Below are positions 35,001-50,000 of a DNA stretch of 64,000 nt, piece after piece. The stretch is taken from positions 756,320 through 820,319 of the forward strand of contig NMRA01000087.1 of assembly GCA_002633005.1 (NCBI GenBank). The letters are read 5' to 3'. Source of the DNA: Phoronis australis (Eukaryota > Animalia > Phoronida). The notes beneath the pieces were generated by a model. That model was given only the letters and a program-made list of their open reading frames with translations, made no database searches and had not been told where the DNA came from. The first letter of the stretch is position 1, and each line of letters starts with the position of its first letter. The translations under genes were made by a program, and so were the position numbers.

Positions 35001-38000
35001 TTTTTTAATGTCACCAGTCTTAGCATGTGAGTTGTTGAATCACCAGTCACATTTTCGGTTCAGTGCTGCCAATGTATTCAGATTCTTGCTATTTATGTTA
35101 GCACCAAACTCCGACATGAATACTCGCAAGAATACAGAGGTCTCTCTCAACTTCGCTGTTGTGGATGATAACGTTCCATCATTCCCCATTATCATCCTAT
35201 TCCAGTTAGAATGCTGCCTAAATGTGATGTAAATCTGATCATTCTCCGATATATCCTCTTGTTTTGACGGACAGAATTAATTTGTTTACGTAATTAAGAA
35301 GATAAAATACAGTGGTATGTTGAAATATATTTTACCAGTCACTCTTTTATTTATCTAATATCGGAATGAGGTTTTGCAGTTATAACTATCTTTGTAACTG
35401 TTGGCATTTGTGTCATCACTTGCGACGCGCGTACTACGTCTTGACTTTGAACCTAGTCGCTCAATGGGGAAACCCCTTTGATTTGATTGGTCGACGTAGC
35501 ATACCCAGTACTGTGAGAGAGAGGTCACTTGTGTTGTAATCTGGTGTAAGGTTAATTACTGTATTTTGTCAAATCCAGCCTGTGTATAGATATGAAAGAC
35601 TGCGGAGAAGCATTGTGATGCGTTTTTATTGTTGTTTTTAAATTGACTTAGTTTTTGATTGCAAAATTATATTGCTGACGAGCAATTTAAAAATTGCAGT
35701 GTTTTGTGTAATACAGGTATATAGTTAATCTATAAGCTAATGTCTCCAGTCTGATCTTTGAAGAATAATCTTTGTGTTACTTGGTTGAGCTGGTTGACCT
35801 AGCCCTCTGTTTGCTGATATAAAGTCTGTAGGGTTGCCTCCTGTTTGAGTAGGATCAATACTGTTTCATATGACCTTTTCAATAAGTCCACTGCTGGTAT
35901 CATTGATTTTTTCAATGTGAGGTTGTGCTCTACTAGGGAAACTAGGTCAGATGCTCTGTGCATCTGACTGCTTGATTGTATGTGTAGTGCTGCATGCTCT
36001 ACTATGGTGTGAATGTGTAGGTCAGTCGAGGTTCCTCAAACCTCCAGGCTGATTTCACTGAGCTATGATCTGTGTGTTATATGTGTTGCTAGTCACGTAT
36101 TTCAGCCCAGTATTCTACATTGTTAGGCTCATTCCCTTGGCAGTTTCACTGTTGAGTTTTCATTGTGATTGGCTGATAGTTACTGTGAAATTTTCCATTC
36201 GGTGACAGAATATAAAGGACAAGTGTAATTTCAAGGTTTATAAATGTGCAAAAATGGCAATTTTAGCAATCATTTTTGTCCCAAATTGAAAATTTTTTAA
36301 CCTTAATTTTGCGATAAACCTTTTAGTTTTGTGGACCTTGATTTGTCACTTTTGTGAAATTCCAAATTAGTGCCGTATTTAGATTTATTGAAAATCCAAG
36401 TCGTGTGTTTTTAGGAGTGTATCTGTGTGGTGCTATTAGGTACTTAAGAACATGGATGTTGAAGTCTTAGACTGTTTATATATGACTCTTGTATGGTACA
36501 AAGTTAAATAGTAAATCTTGTACATAGCAAGACAAAATATCCCTCTTGGCTCTGGTCTAGTAAGCATGCAATGTAAACTAGTCTCATGTTGTTTGTTATA
36601 GCATGCCAAGGTCATTTTGTAGAATTCTATTAGCTGATTGTTGAAGGCGAATGTGTCTTTCTTGGACTGACCGAATGTGTCTTTATTGGAATGACTTAAT
36701 GTGTCTTTCTTGGAAGGACACCTCAATAAAACAGTACTAACTAAATCTCACATTAATGATTGCGATCTGGTTTAGTTAGTGTTTGACAGACACTGTAGAG
36801 TGTCTTGTGATATGATCGAGTGACACTTTGCCCCTCTGAGTTGTCTGTTAAGTACACCATTACCAGAGTGTTTTGACGGCGGGCTAATAATAGTTCTAAC
36901 CCCATTCTTCAACAACACACATGTGATTACGATCGGTGACCCATGTCAGGTCAGGCAATCCCGTTCACCAACAGACGATTGGTTGGCTATTTTTAGCCAC
37001 TGTGTACTATGGTGTTTACGATGACCGGGGTATTCCCGTGGTCGTTGAGCTGGGCGTGAGTAATCGAGTGTTTTTGTCGAAGGGATTCCCGTTTAGTCAT
37101 ATGGGCTATGGTTAATACTTTCTCTAGTGCGTTAACGTGCGACAACAGAATGGTTAAATGTCTATGTTCTTAACGTTCCGTTCCTTGTTAGTACTTTACA
37201 CGTGGAGAGCTTCAATTATTTCCACCAATAAACAAGTGCTTTTATTTTTCCTATGCCTTTGGTATATTGAGTGGTTTTGTGTGCTTACTTCTGGTGACAT
37301 TTTACAAGTTGTTTTCCTACTCTCACTGGGACATTGATTTTGTGTATTTACCATTAAGCTTGAAGATTGATATGGTGTTCTATTTGATAACAAGGTCAAG
37401 TTGTTATTTGAAGCTACTCTCTGTTCTGAAAGCTGCTAGTTATTTATTTACATCTGCTCAGAACATATTGTGCTTTAGAGAGTGGGATATGGGGCGCCTA
37501 GGAAAGGGCGCCTAGGAAAGGGCACCTAGGAAAGGGCACCTAGGAAAGGGCACCTAGGAAAGGGCACCTAGGAAAGGGCACCTAGGAAAGGACACTTAGG
37601 AAAGGGCACCTTTCTTTGGGCCTAGTATGGAATGTGTTTAGTTGGCATGGACAATGTTTTGAGGAATCACTTTACTCTACTGAGTATTGCCCAGGGGACC
37701 TAAATTGGGATATCACGAAATCAGGTTAAGTGCTAAGCTTGTCATGTGTGGTTTTAAACACTGGCTGTAAGGTCTGTTTTGAGTAAAGGCATGCGTTCCC
37801 ATGTAAGAGTCAACAAAAGCGTACCTGGAAATTTCTGAAAATAGACCCATGTCCGGTTATTTGGTAAACGACCTTTAAAATATGTCAAATGAAATTGAAT
37901 ATGCGCCCGAGCGTATTTTCGGAAACAATGTCCAGCATTTTCTGATGCAATTTTAAAGCAGATAATTGTCATTAATTGGTAATTATTAAACTAACATTAG

Positions 38001-41000
38001 TTTTTGAAATAAACATGTCCTTTTTAATGCATGCAATTGTGTCTCATTTAGTAATAGAAAATTTTATTCGTCCGTACATATTTGGCATTCGTCATACATA
38101 GTGTGTTAAAGCTGTTTGTCATAATATGCTAGTATAGTTAGTTAACAACTAAGTCACCTAATATGTCATTTATTGATAGACAACGCTCAAGTGAAATTGT
38201 GATAATTTCTTGCCAAAATAAACAATATTCTACATCAGAATATATTACTTGTTACTGTATACGTACATTAGAAAAATCCACCACACTTTTAAAACATGCA
38301 AACATGTAAAGAAGATATGCCCATGGGCATACTTTTGGGTGGCCTTGTTTTGAGAAATAACTGGTAGTGAGAGATTACGCATATTTTCCTGGCAAGGTGC
38401 CTCTGACATTTCCACCGCTTATTACTGAAAGTTAAGAGAGTTTCGTACATGCCATTTTGGGCGCTAAAAATTGTGTGAGCTGGGTATTCACTGAGATGCG
38501 GGCGTTTACACTGAAGTCTTGTTCACGTAAATTGGGGGCGGGAAATAAGCCACACATGTGCACTTAGAAATGAAAATTTAGAAATTTCATAGGACCTTAT
38601 TGACAAGTCTGGATATTGAGCCAAATAACAACAAAATTTTAGATTTTAACCCGTTTTAACTCAGTAAAAGTAAAGTGGAAAGCTTGTTGTAGAATTTTAT
38701 TTTTGACTTTTTACCAATCTGACATCAATTTGGTCACATGACTTTGTTTAATGATATTTAGCAAAAAAGAAGGAATGTTGATAGCAGAATAACGGTATCA
38801 ATAACGCGAATAAGTTTTTCTTTAACATAAATGTTCGAGACGAAATCTTTAACATGCTATTACTGTTTTCTATATTATCGTTTGGTTTTTGTTTTGTACA
38901 ACTTTGAATTTTTCATGAACATCGTAAGTGGAATGTTTTAAAAACAATTGAATTCCCCCTCCAGGATGTGTCCAGAGGAAGGTCTGACAAAGACAGACAT
39001 AGGGACACTTATGCATTTCGGCATTACAGCACTGCGAATGTGGTCGAGCTGGGGTTGCATATCCCCTTGAGTACTAGATTTGTGCCTGAATTCATGAGTT
39101 CATGTGTTTGTTCCATAACAGCACTTCATACACAGTGTCAGTCTGGAGTGAATGATTAGTAATGTTAATTTCTTATTTACTTTCATTCATTCACTGTATA
39201 CCAATAGCATTGTAGCATAGAATCTTTTGAGCTGTTAGCATGCCTGTCTGGGATTACAATCTTATTTCTTAAAAAAACAAGTATATTGTTCTTTTCCAAT
39301 TGTTAGGTGTTTATTTGGCATTTAATTTAGCTACTTATCATCCATTTTTCAATACCGGAACATAAGTTTTCCATGTGTTGGTTCCAGACTGTCAGTGGTT
39401 TGTGGGACATGTAACAGTGGGCCAGCCAGACAGTAATTCTTTATTTAGCTTGAGTGCAGACAGAGTGGCTGTCATTATGTTGTCAAATAACTGACCAGTA
39501 GCTTCAGTAGACTGTGGTCACCAGTGGATAAGGTTATTAATGGGACTGTTGAAAACTTTTACAGTGGTCTGCTGTCTGGGCTTCTTATGTTTGCTGTTGG
39601 ATCAGCTGAGGACTAAATTTAGAGAGACACCTTGTATTTGTTTTCTGTGGCCAGAGCATTCTTTGCAAAGGTCAGGAAAAGACAATGTGACATTTGGTGA
39701 CCTGAATATGATAACACCTGCAAACAGAAGTTTGAGTGATGCAAATATGAAAATCTGCATTATGACACTTCCTTCTATTTTTGTCCTCAAAAATGTGCAC
39801 TGGGGAAGTGCTATGGATAACTGTTTCTTAATCAACTGTGAGTTGAACCGGGGATTATAGCTGCAGATTAGTCGAATTGATTTGAGTTATACTCCATGTC
39901 TCATTGACTTGTAGTTGTAAGCTTCATTCGTCAATTATAGTAAGCGTGGGCTTTAATTACAGGATATACAAGTTGCTTTTGGTATTTATTGTGTGACCGA
40001 GTTTCCTGGTTGAAATGTCACTTTTTTGCGCATAAGATACTAGCATTGCATATAACAAACTTGGGCTTCGGATTATTGATTTACTTATTGATAATCTTTC
40101 ATCATAATACAATGTAATAAGGAAATACTGATGACGCGCACACATGCTCGTGAGGATTGGAGTCAATCTTTCGCAATTCTTCGCTTATTTCATGGTAGAA
40201 AATCATTGCAAAAATTGTTATTTTTCTATTTCTCAAAGGCTTGTTACCATGGCGCAAATATTGTACACTATACCAAATGTGGTTTTTCAGCATCTATACA
40301 AAACAAGCCAAGCTAATGATAAACGGTAACGATTATTTTGTTAAAAATTTGCCAAAACAAAGTTTAACATGTCCGCCATAATGCATACTAAATATAGACG
40401 AGGAATTGCTGCACACCTGAGTGAACACTCTTGAATTTAGTACATAAGATGGAAGACGTAAAATTTTATGTTGTCAAATATCACAATCAAAATAAACTTT
40501 GAGAAATACCTGACTTTTTATCAGTATGATTTGTACCGAACGGCTATCATAAAACAAAAATGAAGCCACTCTTTGACAAATGGAAAATTGCTGTTTTTAT
40601 TATTTTTATGTCAAATTGAAGAGATAATACTATAAATGTGTCATAGGAGCCCACCTACTAAAAAGTTATTGAGGTGTCCCATTTGTAAAAATATTGTTTT
40701 TCGAAATTATGGGGTTTCAATATTTCTGTTTTGCCTTCTTGTTAACTTGGCAAATTGCTGTGAAAAATTAAAAGGCGAGTAATTTTTGATTCTATCACAT
40801 TTTCCAAAAACGTATCAGTCGGCACCAGTTTCTGAGAGCTGAAACTTTTCATTAGATCATTAGTAGCTCTCAACTCTGTGCTGTAGTACTGCAGCTTTGT
40901 AAGAGTATTTTATTTGAGAAATAATTTGTTCAAGAAACTGCTACTATTTTGGTGTTTCCATTTCAGCTGTTGTGACTATAGACCTACTATTCAAAGTATG

Positions 41001-44000
41001 ATAGTGGTTTTGCAAACAAAAGTTGAGTCTTGACTTACATTTCCTGTGTGTTGATTTCATAGACTAGTAAACTGAATGTTGAATAAATCTTAATATAATG
41101 CTTCCTGTGTATGTATGTGCGAAAAGACAAAATGTTGAAAAAAAAAAACAGTAAAAAGTAACACCTAATTGGAAATAAATTTGGAAATAATTTGCGGTAA
41201 TTGTAAGTCATGATTTGGTCTGGGGAATGTCAGAAAGATCTTTGTATCATCCCCCAGTCAGAGGCAGCCAGTTAAATGTGAAATACAGGTCCATAGCAAG
41301 GGGGATTCGAGGGGTTCAAATGAAGGTCCAGCCCCAGCCTATCCGCTAAAGGTATGATACAGATGGACAACAACAAAATTGATGCAGCTACTGGTACTAC
41401 TAACTACAATTGTTAACTAAGTTAGTAATAATTTTGAATTTGCTTCTGATTCAAAGCGCTTCACGTTATCATCGAGCCGTGCGGTACCCGGCCCACTTCG
41501 CCTGAGTGGTATTTGCGTAGATGACAGGATGCAGATGATTATAGGAGGCTTTGTTACTCATCGGCATTGAACACACGTGGTGGTTACACCGTAGGGAAAC
41601 AAGGGAGTAAATGCCTATACCTAGCTAAGCTATATAGCAGCGAGATAGCTTCCAAAAAGTCACATTGCTGTATGAATGCCTTAAAATCGACCATGAAGCA
41701 AAACAGCAGAAAATAAGTTTGTTATCTGATATTGCTCGCTAGTACAGTATGGTAAAGGGCAGGCGTTTGAAATTGTAAATGTTTGTAAAATACAGGTGTA
41801 TTTTTCGTCATATAGTGTCCAATTCTAGAGTGGATTGGTGGATTGACATGCATTTGTGTACACGTATGTGCGTTTCCGTCCTTTTAAATTCAGTAGAAGC
41901 CGACGGTAAGTTATAGACAGCCCTCCGTCGTAGCTCAAAAACCTGAATTTAATTATAACCGTGTTTGCTTGCTCTGAGAAAATACTGAAGAGTACGTTTA
42001 CATTTTTGGGGGAATGTAGGTCTAAACCCAATAAAAACTGTGGTCAATGGAGATAGACTTCTCTTGTCTCTAGTGTCAATGGTGCACAGCCTCACACACT
42101 TCATGCGAGCAACCTGATGGAAAAGATTTCCAAGCAGAGGCGGGTCTTTGGAGGGGTGTTCAGGGGGCTCAAACGCTCCCCTCGGGAAAGGATCAAAAAT
42201 AAAAATTAAAAAAATGTCACCAGGAAAATAAAATCAGCTACTGAAAACCAAACAAAATCTTACACAAGAGGGGGAATCCCCTCCCAACCTTCCCTACACT
42301 CGGCGCTACGCTCCTCAGATTCGGGCGAATCCTTACCCCCCACCCCTTACTGAAAACGTAGATCTGACACTGCCAAGGTTAGATGCCACAATTTTGAAGG
42401 TGCGTTACTCCGAAGGTTCACTACTCCGAAGGTTTGCCACCTTCGAAAGTTCACTGATTTCGAATGTCCACAATTCCAGAACCAGAGCTCCAACAGTTAT
42501 TTTTTTAGTCTGGTCTCTCTCAAACAGTAGTCCAGGCCTCAATGCACTGAGCCAAACAGTTCATTACTCTGATTGTCTGCTAATGAGTCGTAACAAACGT
42601 GAGTAAATTTTTGTATTTGTGTCCATTTAGTAACCGTGTAAAAGGCTGTGCAAAAAGTTGACTAGTTCTTAATACATTGATTTCATTGTTGAGATCGGTT
42701 CCAATCACTGCCAATCGTGATACTTGAATCTAATTAACGACTCATTCTCAATTAAGGGCAACATCTGGGGCACGGGTACGGGCTGCGGCAAGCAACGGTT
42801 TTAAATTTAAGAAGACTGAATGGGGCTCACTGACTATGTGAAGACTGCCAGGGACTGGGTAGCCTGCTAACTACATTTGATTTCGACCCACCTGCGCGTG
42901 GTTCCGGTGGGTGAGGTTCAGACGCAGCGGCCCTAAACTTTTCAGTCGCGCTATGAAATGATGCGACCTTGACATGGATTTGATGAATGCATCGTGGTTG
43001 ACAATCCATCAACATTCCCACTCCAAATTGTTTAAAATGCAATAACATTAACACGCAAAAATATAACTAGATAATAAGTTTCGTTAAGTTAATCTCCGAC
43101 TAAATATTTCTGACCGAGAAGGTGTAATCACTCATTTAAGCACGCCTGATTTGAAAATTTGGCAAGATGTAACGAGGAGAACGCTTTGGACCACATTACA
43201 TCCGAAATGAGTCCTATTTTTTGCGAGCAATCGTCACGGCCTCGCTGGTTCCCTGCGTGACGCAGGGTGGTAGCCAGCAAGCCTGGTATGATCACTTAAT
43301 TTTCCTCGGGAATTTTTTTACACTGGCGTTTCTGATTGGCTGTTCAATTGCCCAAACAAACTGACATGACTGATGGAGAAAGTGTAAATGTGGTCTGTAG
43401 TACAGACAAATTGGGTGCTTAAAATTCATGTTCAAGAAATGTGAATCCTAGAAAATTGTGGTTGCGCCTTTCGGATTGCATCTTCGTAATGTCGCTGGCT
43501 TTTGTTTACATTAGGCCTACTGTCCTGTATTTATACAGTATGAATGACACACTAGTTAAATCGACCAGATGCCGGCGTGTTTATTGTACATGTATATATA
43601 TATGTTTCTGAGCTCGCGGCTATTTAACATTAGGTCTACTGCAGAAACAAAATAGTTGCTGCCATGCCACTTGCATGGACAAGGCTGAAAATCGTCCATA
43701 GTCCGCCATTTTCTCACTTTCTTGTAAAGCTAACCAATGACTGTCGAGGTTACATCAATCAGTGATAAAGCACGTGCTATTGCCTGCTACCTGCGTGCTG
43801 GCTACCACCTAGCAGCACACGGGGAACTGGGGAGCCGTCACGGCATCCTCATCTCTGGTATTACTTTATCCGTCTCATCTCAAAAACATAGAACTGAGAG
43901 TCATCGTTGTGTATACAAATTTCCCGGATTAAGCTGCGTCAACTGAGGGCCTTAATGAAAACTCCACGGCGTCGACGTTTGCAAAGTATCGAAGGTCCAC

Positions 44001-47000
44001 CATTCAAGAAATTCAAACCACCCCCTGTGCAATGCTGGCTACGGGCCTGAAATGCTATCTTTTCTGACAATATGAGATGAAACGAAACTAAGTATCTGTT
44101 CTGGTCAACACCCTTTCTCTTCAGTGTCCACGCTGAGTTAGTGAAACTTCCTCATTCAATTAAGCAATCATGAAGACATCCCACTTCAAAGCAGCCGTGT
44201 TTTGTTGTGTTTTATTTTATGTCCTTTTCTTTTTCACTGTTTTGATTTAAGCCCTTAATACGTTTCAGCCATCAGCTGTATTTACTCCAGCATTTTAAAG
44301 CATTTTAGCTATAACGTTTTAAGTTGAAATGTTTTAAAGTTCTCATGTGAAAGCAAACATATTTTGTGCTGACCACTAGGTGGCCTACTACAATTGCTGT
44401 ATTTCCTTGAAGACGATACCTAAATTACTAACATTTCAGTTTCTTAAATAACTTTTAGAATATTATTAGTAGATCCATAACACTATATATTTTAGCATTC
44501 TTGATGATCACATAATCATTTTATGTGGACAGAAGTAATGCCCAGGTGTTTGTAAACATGCGACTTTTTTCTTAAACTTGCAAATTCAGGGTAGAAGTTA
44601 TTAAAAGAAAATCCCAGACATACTTAAAACTAATAGAAAATAAGCATACAGAATTTGTAAGTTTCGTGCAAAAAGTGATGTTTGTGGATGATTGGCGATC
44701 TCAATGAAAAATCAATTACAAACATCTGGCCATTGCTTTCATGTACGTAGTAATATTCTTTAATTGTTAAGGACTTCAAAATATATTGTTTTATTGGTCT
44801 GTTATTAATACTTTAAAAGCTATTCAATAAATAAGATGCTTGGTAATGAAGGTGTCCTATAACCTTAACACTTATGTATTTGTATTTTGCAGCCAATAAA
44901 GAGGCCTGCCGACACCAGTCCAGATTTTCTGTTTAATTTTCCAAAACCCAACATTCCGTCACTAGCCAATGAGAAGGAAGATCTCCACTCTCTCAGGCAT
45001 CTGCCAGGCATTGATGACATCATTAAGGCTGCTAATGGCGAGATTGGCCATCCTAAGGAGTCAGCAGCGTTGTTGGATGATACCGTGAAAGAACCTCGTC
45101 CTACTTTGGAACCCAAGTATTTGGGCTCGAAATCATTAGCTTTTCCGAAGGATAATGTAGATCCTCAATTCGCCCCAAATCTCAATGTTGTCTGCAGCAA
45201 CACGAACGCGACAGCGGTTTCTGTATGTAAACGTGGTAATGTCACTGTGCCGCCGCTGCCGAATTTTACCCATCCAGAGTTTCCTACATCGCAGGACACT
45301 CAACAAGCCTCCCCACCAGTGTGTAGAAAGTTGAGACCCCTCCCTGGTCTGTCTCGTTTCTCTCCAGGCAGCTGCATCACAACAAACTTCGCTAATAAAT
45401 TTGAATTTGAGGATTCTGACCCTAGTGACGATGAGCAGGAAGTCGATTCATTGGCAGCGGTTGCTAGGCAACCCATGGAACGTCCACAAGTGGATATTTC
45501 GGATAACGCACAAGAAAATTCTAATCCAGAAATATCTGACAGCGAAAAACTAGTGGTGCAAAACGACATTGTCAGTATTAGTTCAGAGGCTCGGCTATGT
45601 GAAGTGAACTGTTCAAACTCGGGAAACAAAGTTCTTTCTGGTCAGCTGCAAAACGACATACCTGTAGTTGTAGGCTCATTGGAGGCTGAGGGTAATGCCA
45701 AAGATCATATTAATGCGACAATCAATGAATCACCTGATGGCAAAGTGGTTGGTGAAAGTAGTTCTAATGCTGGCAGAGCAAGTGAGGCTGTGGTAACAAC
45801 AGTGGTAACTGGTGATCAAAGTAAGGGTGTTGTTAGCAGTGATGGAGTCGAAAGGCAAGACAACAATCCTCTGACATCTGCCAAAGATACCTCAACGAGT
45901 GAAAAAGAGCCGCTTAGTTCAGAGACGAATGTTGCAAGTTGTGAGGATGTTTCCACTGTTGGCAACCAAGAGAACAGTCCTACTCGTTTGTTGGGCTCTG
46001 AAGAGCAAATGAGGTCAGACAAGTTCGAAGAAGATCAGAATGTTAATGTGGAGGTACCTTTGACTACGAGTGTGTCACCTGGCAAAGATCAACACGTGCC
46101 AGAGGTGAATAATTCTAGCACAACACGTGAAGATGACGTGTTTGAGTTCAAAGGTGATACTGATAGCGATACACAAGATGGGAAACCAGTCGTGGCAAAT
46201 GACATCGGCGGGATACGGCTGGGACTCGACGGACGCGATGTCAATGGGCAAGCCACCAACTGTCAGGGAGTCGGTGGGTTGGGATCCAACGAGCACATGG
46301 ACGTGCTGGTAAATGGCGTCGCGATCAAGAAGGAGCTGATGGAGGGTAGCAATGGTGGCACGTCCGCCAAGCTGGAGGAGGTGGAGAACTGTAGCCTGGA
46401 GCTGTTGGAACGGCTGAGGAGTAACTCTCGTATAACCATACCTGAATGTCCATGTTTGGGACCTAATGGTGAGTGAGAGATGCTAACAAGAGCTGTCGGC
46501 GTGTGAGTTGTGGCAGACGTAATCGGTTTATTTGTTAGACATTCAGTCTCATTGGTTCTTATTGAGACATCCCGTGCATAAACAACAGAGCCTGTTTCAC
46601 TAAATTGTCGTAACTTCCTAAAGTTTCATTTACACATAGTCTAAACAATAACTTGTGCCAAAACCTGCAGCTGGTCACAAATTTCTGTTTAGACTCTGTA
46701 AAAACATTGTGAAGTTACGCCTTATTGGTAGTGAAACACGCTCCTGTTGTAAAAACACATTAAGAAGCTTCACGGTCTGTTTTTACAGATTTACTAAGTT
46801 TTCTCTACTTAAAGATGATAAATTAATATCAAGCACTGGTGAGTCATAAATGGCCAACTTCTAAGTATGGTAAAATAAGAACGAAGTGGTTTATTACTCG
46901 AAATACAACATCCATGACCTCCATTCTGACCATGGTATAGGCGTGGAAAACATACAAGTGTTGACTTGGCTTATTTCCTATCTTAGTTTTAGTGACGATA

Positions 47001-50000
47001 GTAAAATTAAAGTAAAATATTATACATTTGCCATGGTATGAAAGGAGATGTCCCAAGATAATAGTTGTGGTACCTGAACTGCACCCAGTATAACTTTAAG
47101 TAGAATTTCAGTGTCGTTCTGGGTTTTAAAGACTTAATCCTCGTAAATCCCAGTAGATCTCAACAGGAAATTGTAGTTGGCAAACCTAAAATGGCTGAAG
47201 GTCTTGGATGGAGGGAAAATAACTTATTCTAATGTGGAAGTTGAACTCGCACTCTTAACTCAAATGAACATTGCTTAATCCTTTGACCTAGTCCTTTGAC
47301 CATGAAATTATGAAAAAATGGTTGTGTTTACCGTAACTGCACCAAATAAATGACTGTAAAGTGTTTGCTGTAAATGTAGACCAGTCTAGCTGTTTAATTC
47401 TGTTGTTTCGTTTGGTTTTAGTGAAACCCGATGAGGATCTAGAAGGACCGTACTACACACATTTAGGCGCAGCACAGACAGTTGCTGGAATACGCCAACT
47501 TTTGGAAAAAAGGTGCGTAGTTTTTACATATAAACCTGCCTCCATCAACCATTAACAAACTTTCAGTAGGTTTACACCAATTGCCACTTTGAAATTTTCT
47601 CTAGCTTTGCATAGCCGACCAGAAATTATGAATTCTTGTTAAATCTGTAAAATGCAATCTAGAACAATTGGTTTACGTCATGGTTTGTGGTGGAACTTTT
47701 GTTTTGGTTCTTAAGTACACTGAGTTTTCGATTACCTTTGATTATGCTATGAACGAAGTGAAGTTCATTAATTGCTTCAATGGGGAATGTTCTCTGCTGC
47801 TAACTTGACTTGTTTGAGTTTAAACTTTGTGACTTTAGCTTTACCCAGTAGGTACTTTCACAATAAGGAAAAACTAACAAATATCTGTGATCGTAGTTAA
47901 AACTCTTCAGAATAAGAAACATGGCGGATAAGTGGACTTACATGTGCCATATTTACTCATTATGAACAATAATTTGTTCAGTGTATATGTCGCCAATCAA
48001 CATATAGTTAAATGTAAAGTGTTTACAGCAACGTAGTAATTCTTTGAAAAATACAAAAAAAGTCACCGTAACAATTATTTTGTCCCAGATTACGGAATAG
48101 TGCATATGACTTGTGTAATCAAATTTTATCCCTCTGGTGCAGGACTGACTTGTCTGGGAAAGCGATTCGCATTGAGAAGGCCATTTTCACTGGAAAAGAG
48201 GGTAAAAGCAATTTGGGCTGCCCTGTGGCTAAATGGGTGAGTGGGCTTTCGTTGGACTCCTTGCCCTATGGATTGCAATATTGTTGAGCCCATTTGATAG
48301 AAAAAAATGTGCCCACTAGTATCACTTCAGGTACCCAAACATTGTTTCAGTATTGAATCGGGTCACGGAGCCTTGCCTCAATGCCTACCAGTTGTTATTA
48401 CTCACTGTTTATTTCTTGCCATGATTTGGCTTTAGAACTGGGCCAATTACCACATTCGTTGGATGCATTTCATTTTGTCCCTTTTCAAGCCGACAACAGT
48501 TTGTATATCAGTGAAGAACAGAATGATTTCATCAATAATGAATAAGATGTTGAAACCATTTTTGCTCTGACTTAAAGAAAATATACCTATCACAGGGAAC
48601 ATATTTTTGACAATTCCCGCCTATCACATAAAGGCATTGCACACTGAACGTAAAATGAAAAATGTATTCAATTGAACAAATATCGTTACTTTGTATTCCT
48701 TGTGTAATGGCAGTGTTGGGGGAGAACGGGTCTAGTTCGACCTCGGGCAATCATAGCAGACTTCACACGTTTCTGTTTTTGTTTCTCATAAAATTCAGTA
48801 GCTTTCACAAAAAATTTTACATGCCTATGTAGGTTGAGCAACATGCTTCAATGGAATATGCTATTTTTATATTTTTGAACCCTAAAAGGAGATCTCATAC
48901 GATATTTTTTGCAACCATGTTAAGGGGCTAGTCCGCATTTTTAGTAAAGGCTCGTTTGGCCCATAGTTGAGCACACACTATTCCATAGGAAAATTTTATT
49001 GTTATTTTTGGTGTTTCAAAGACTACAGTGATACTATTAAGTTCAATTGCTCATGTTAAAAGTGAAATTCTTGAAGATTTCAGTATATTGTTGTTTACGG
49101 GAGTAAATGCAAGTACATGTGCTATGTGTATGCACAAATACACCATTCACTTATCTTTTTTGTTCAAATTCTACGTTGTCCTGTAAAATCCAGTCATTAC
49201 AAGTTATTAAAAGTATAGTGCGTGAAACTACAACTCAAAGTTCGGATATCTGTATGTCTTTTAATCCAGGGGTTGGGCAGAAAAGTTCGGACTTACGCAC
49301 CTGATCACTTTGATTCCAAACTGCACTGTTGTAATTGTAATGATTGCTTATCCCTAAAAGATTCCCTGAAATTTCCTAACTTTTCAAACAGTTTTAAAAA
49401 ATGAAGCTGTGAAATTTCTATTTTTCGAAAATGATGCCAAACTAGCCTTGGTCTCCCCTGTGACACTGTACCCTGTTTAACTTTAAGTTACGGTTGAAAA
49501 AAGTTATTGCTGTTAACAATTACCGAAGTCTAAATTGCATTCAGATTGTAATGTCTTGTTTAGTCTTTGTATGTATATTTGTGTTTAGTTGCAAATTGAA
49601 CAGCTGTTGATCTTCTCAGGTCATTCGTCGGTCTGGTCCTGAAGAGAAACTGCTATGTATCGTGCGCGAGCGTCGAGGCCATAGTTGTGAGACGGCAGTC
49701 ATCATCATCTGTATGGTGGCTTGGGAAGGCGTGCCGCAAAAGACGGCGGACCATCTGTACGAATATCTGATCTCTCAGCTACCAACAAAAGCATTTGAGA
49801 CAGAGAGACGTTGCGGATACAACGAACCGTGAGTGTCACTAATAGTAGTAAGATGTACTTCGCCTGTTTAGTACACAATATGGTTGACGAGCGTAAATTT
49901 ATTTTGCCAAATTTCTCAACAAAGGATTTATTTAAAAAATTTAATCTAGCGCTGACTTGGTGTAGATGTCCCCAACAACTTTTGACAAAGTTTCTATTTT

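Larger units (their letters stand above)
41286..44049. mobile_element. Putative 2.76-kb non-autonomous TIR element in the TET intron
   Basis: Termini CAGGTCCATAGCAAG ... CTGGCTACGGGCCTG (12/15 inverted match); flanks AAATA and AAATG (4/5); GAAGGTCCA near both ends; no transposase ORF seen. Confidence 0.5.
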
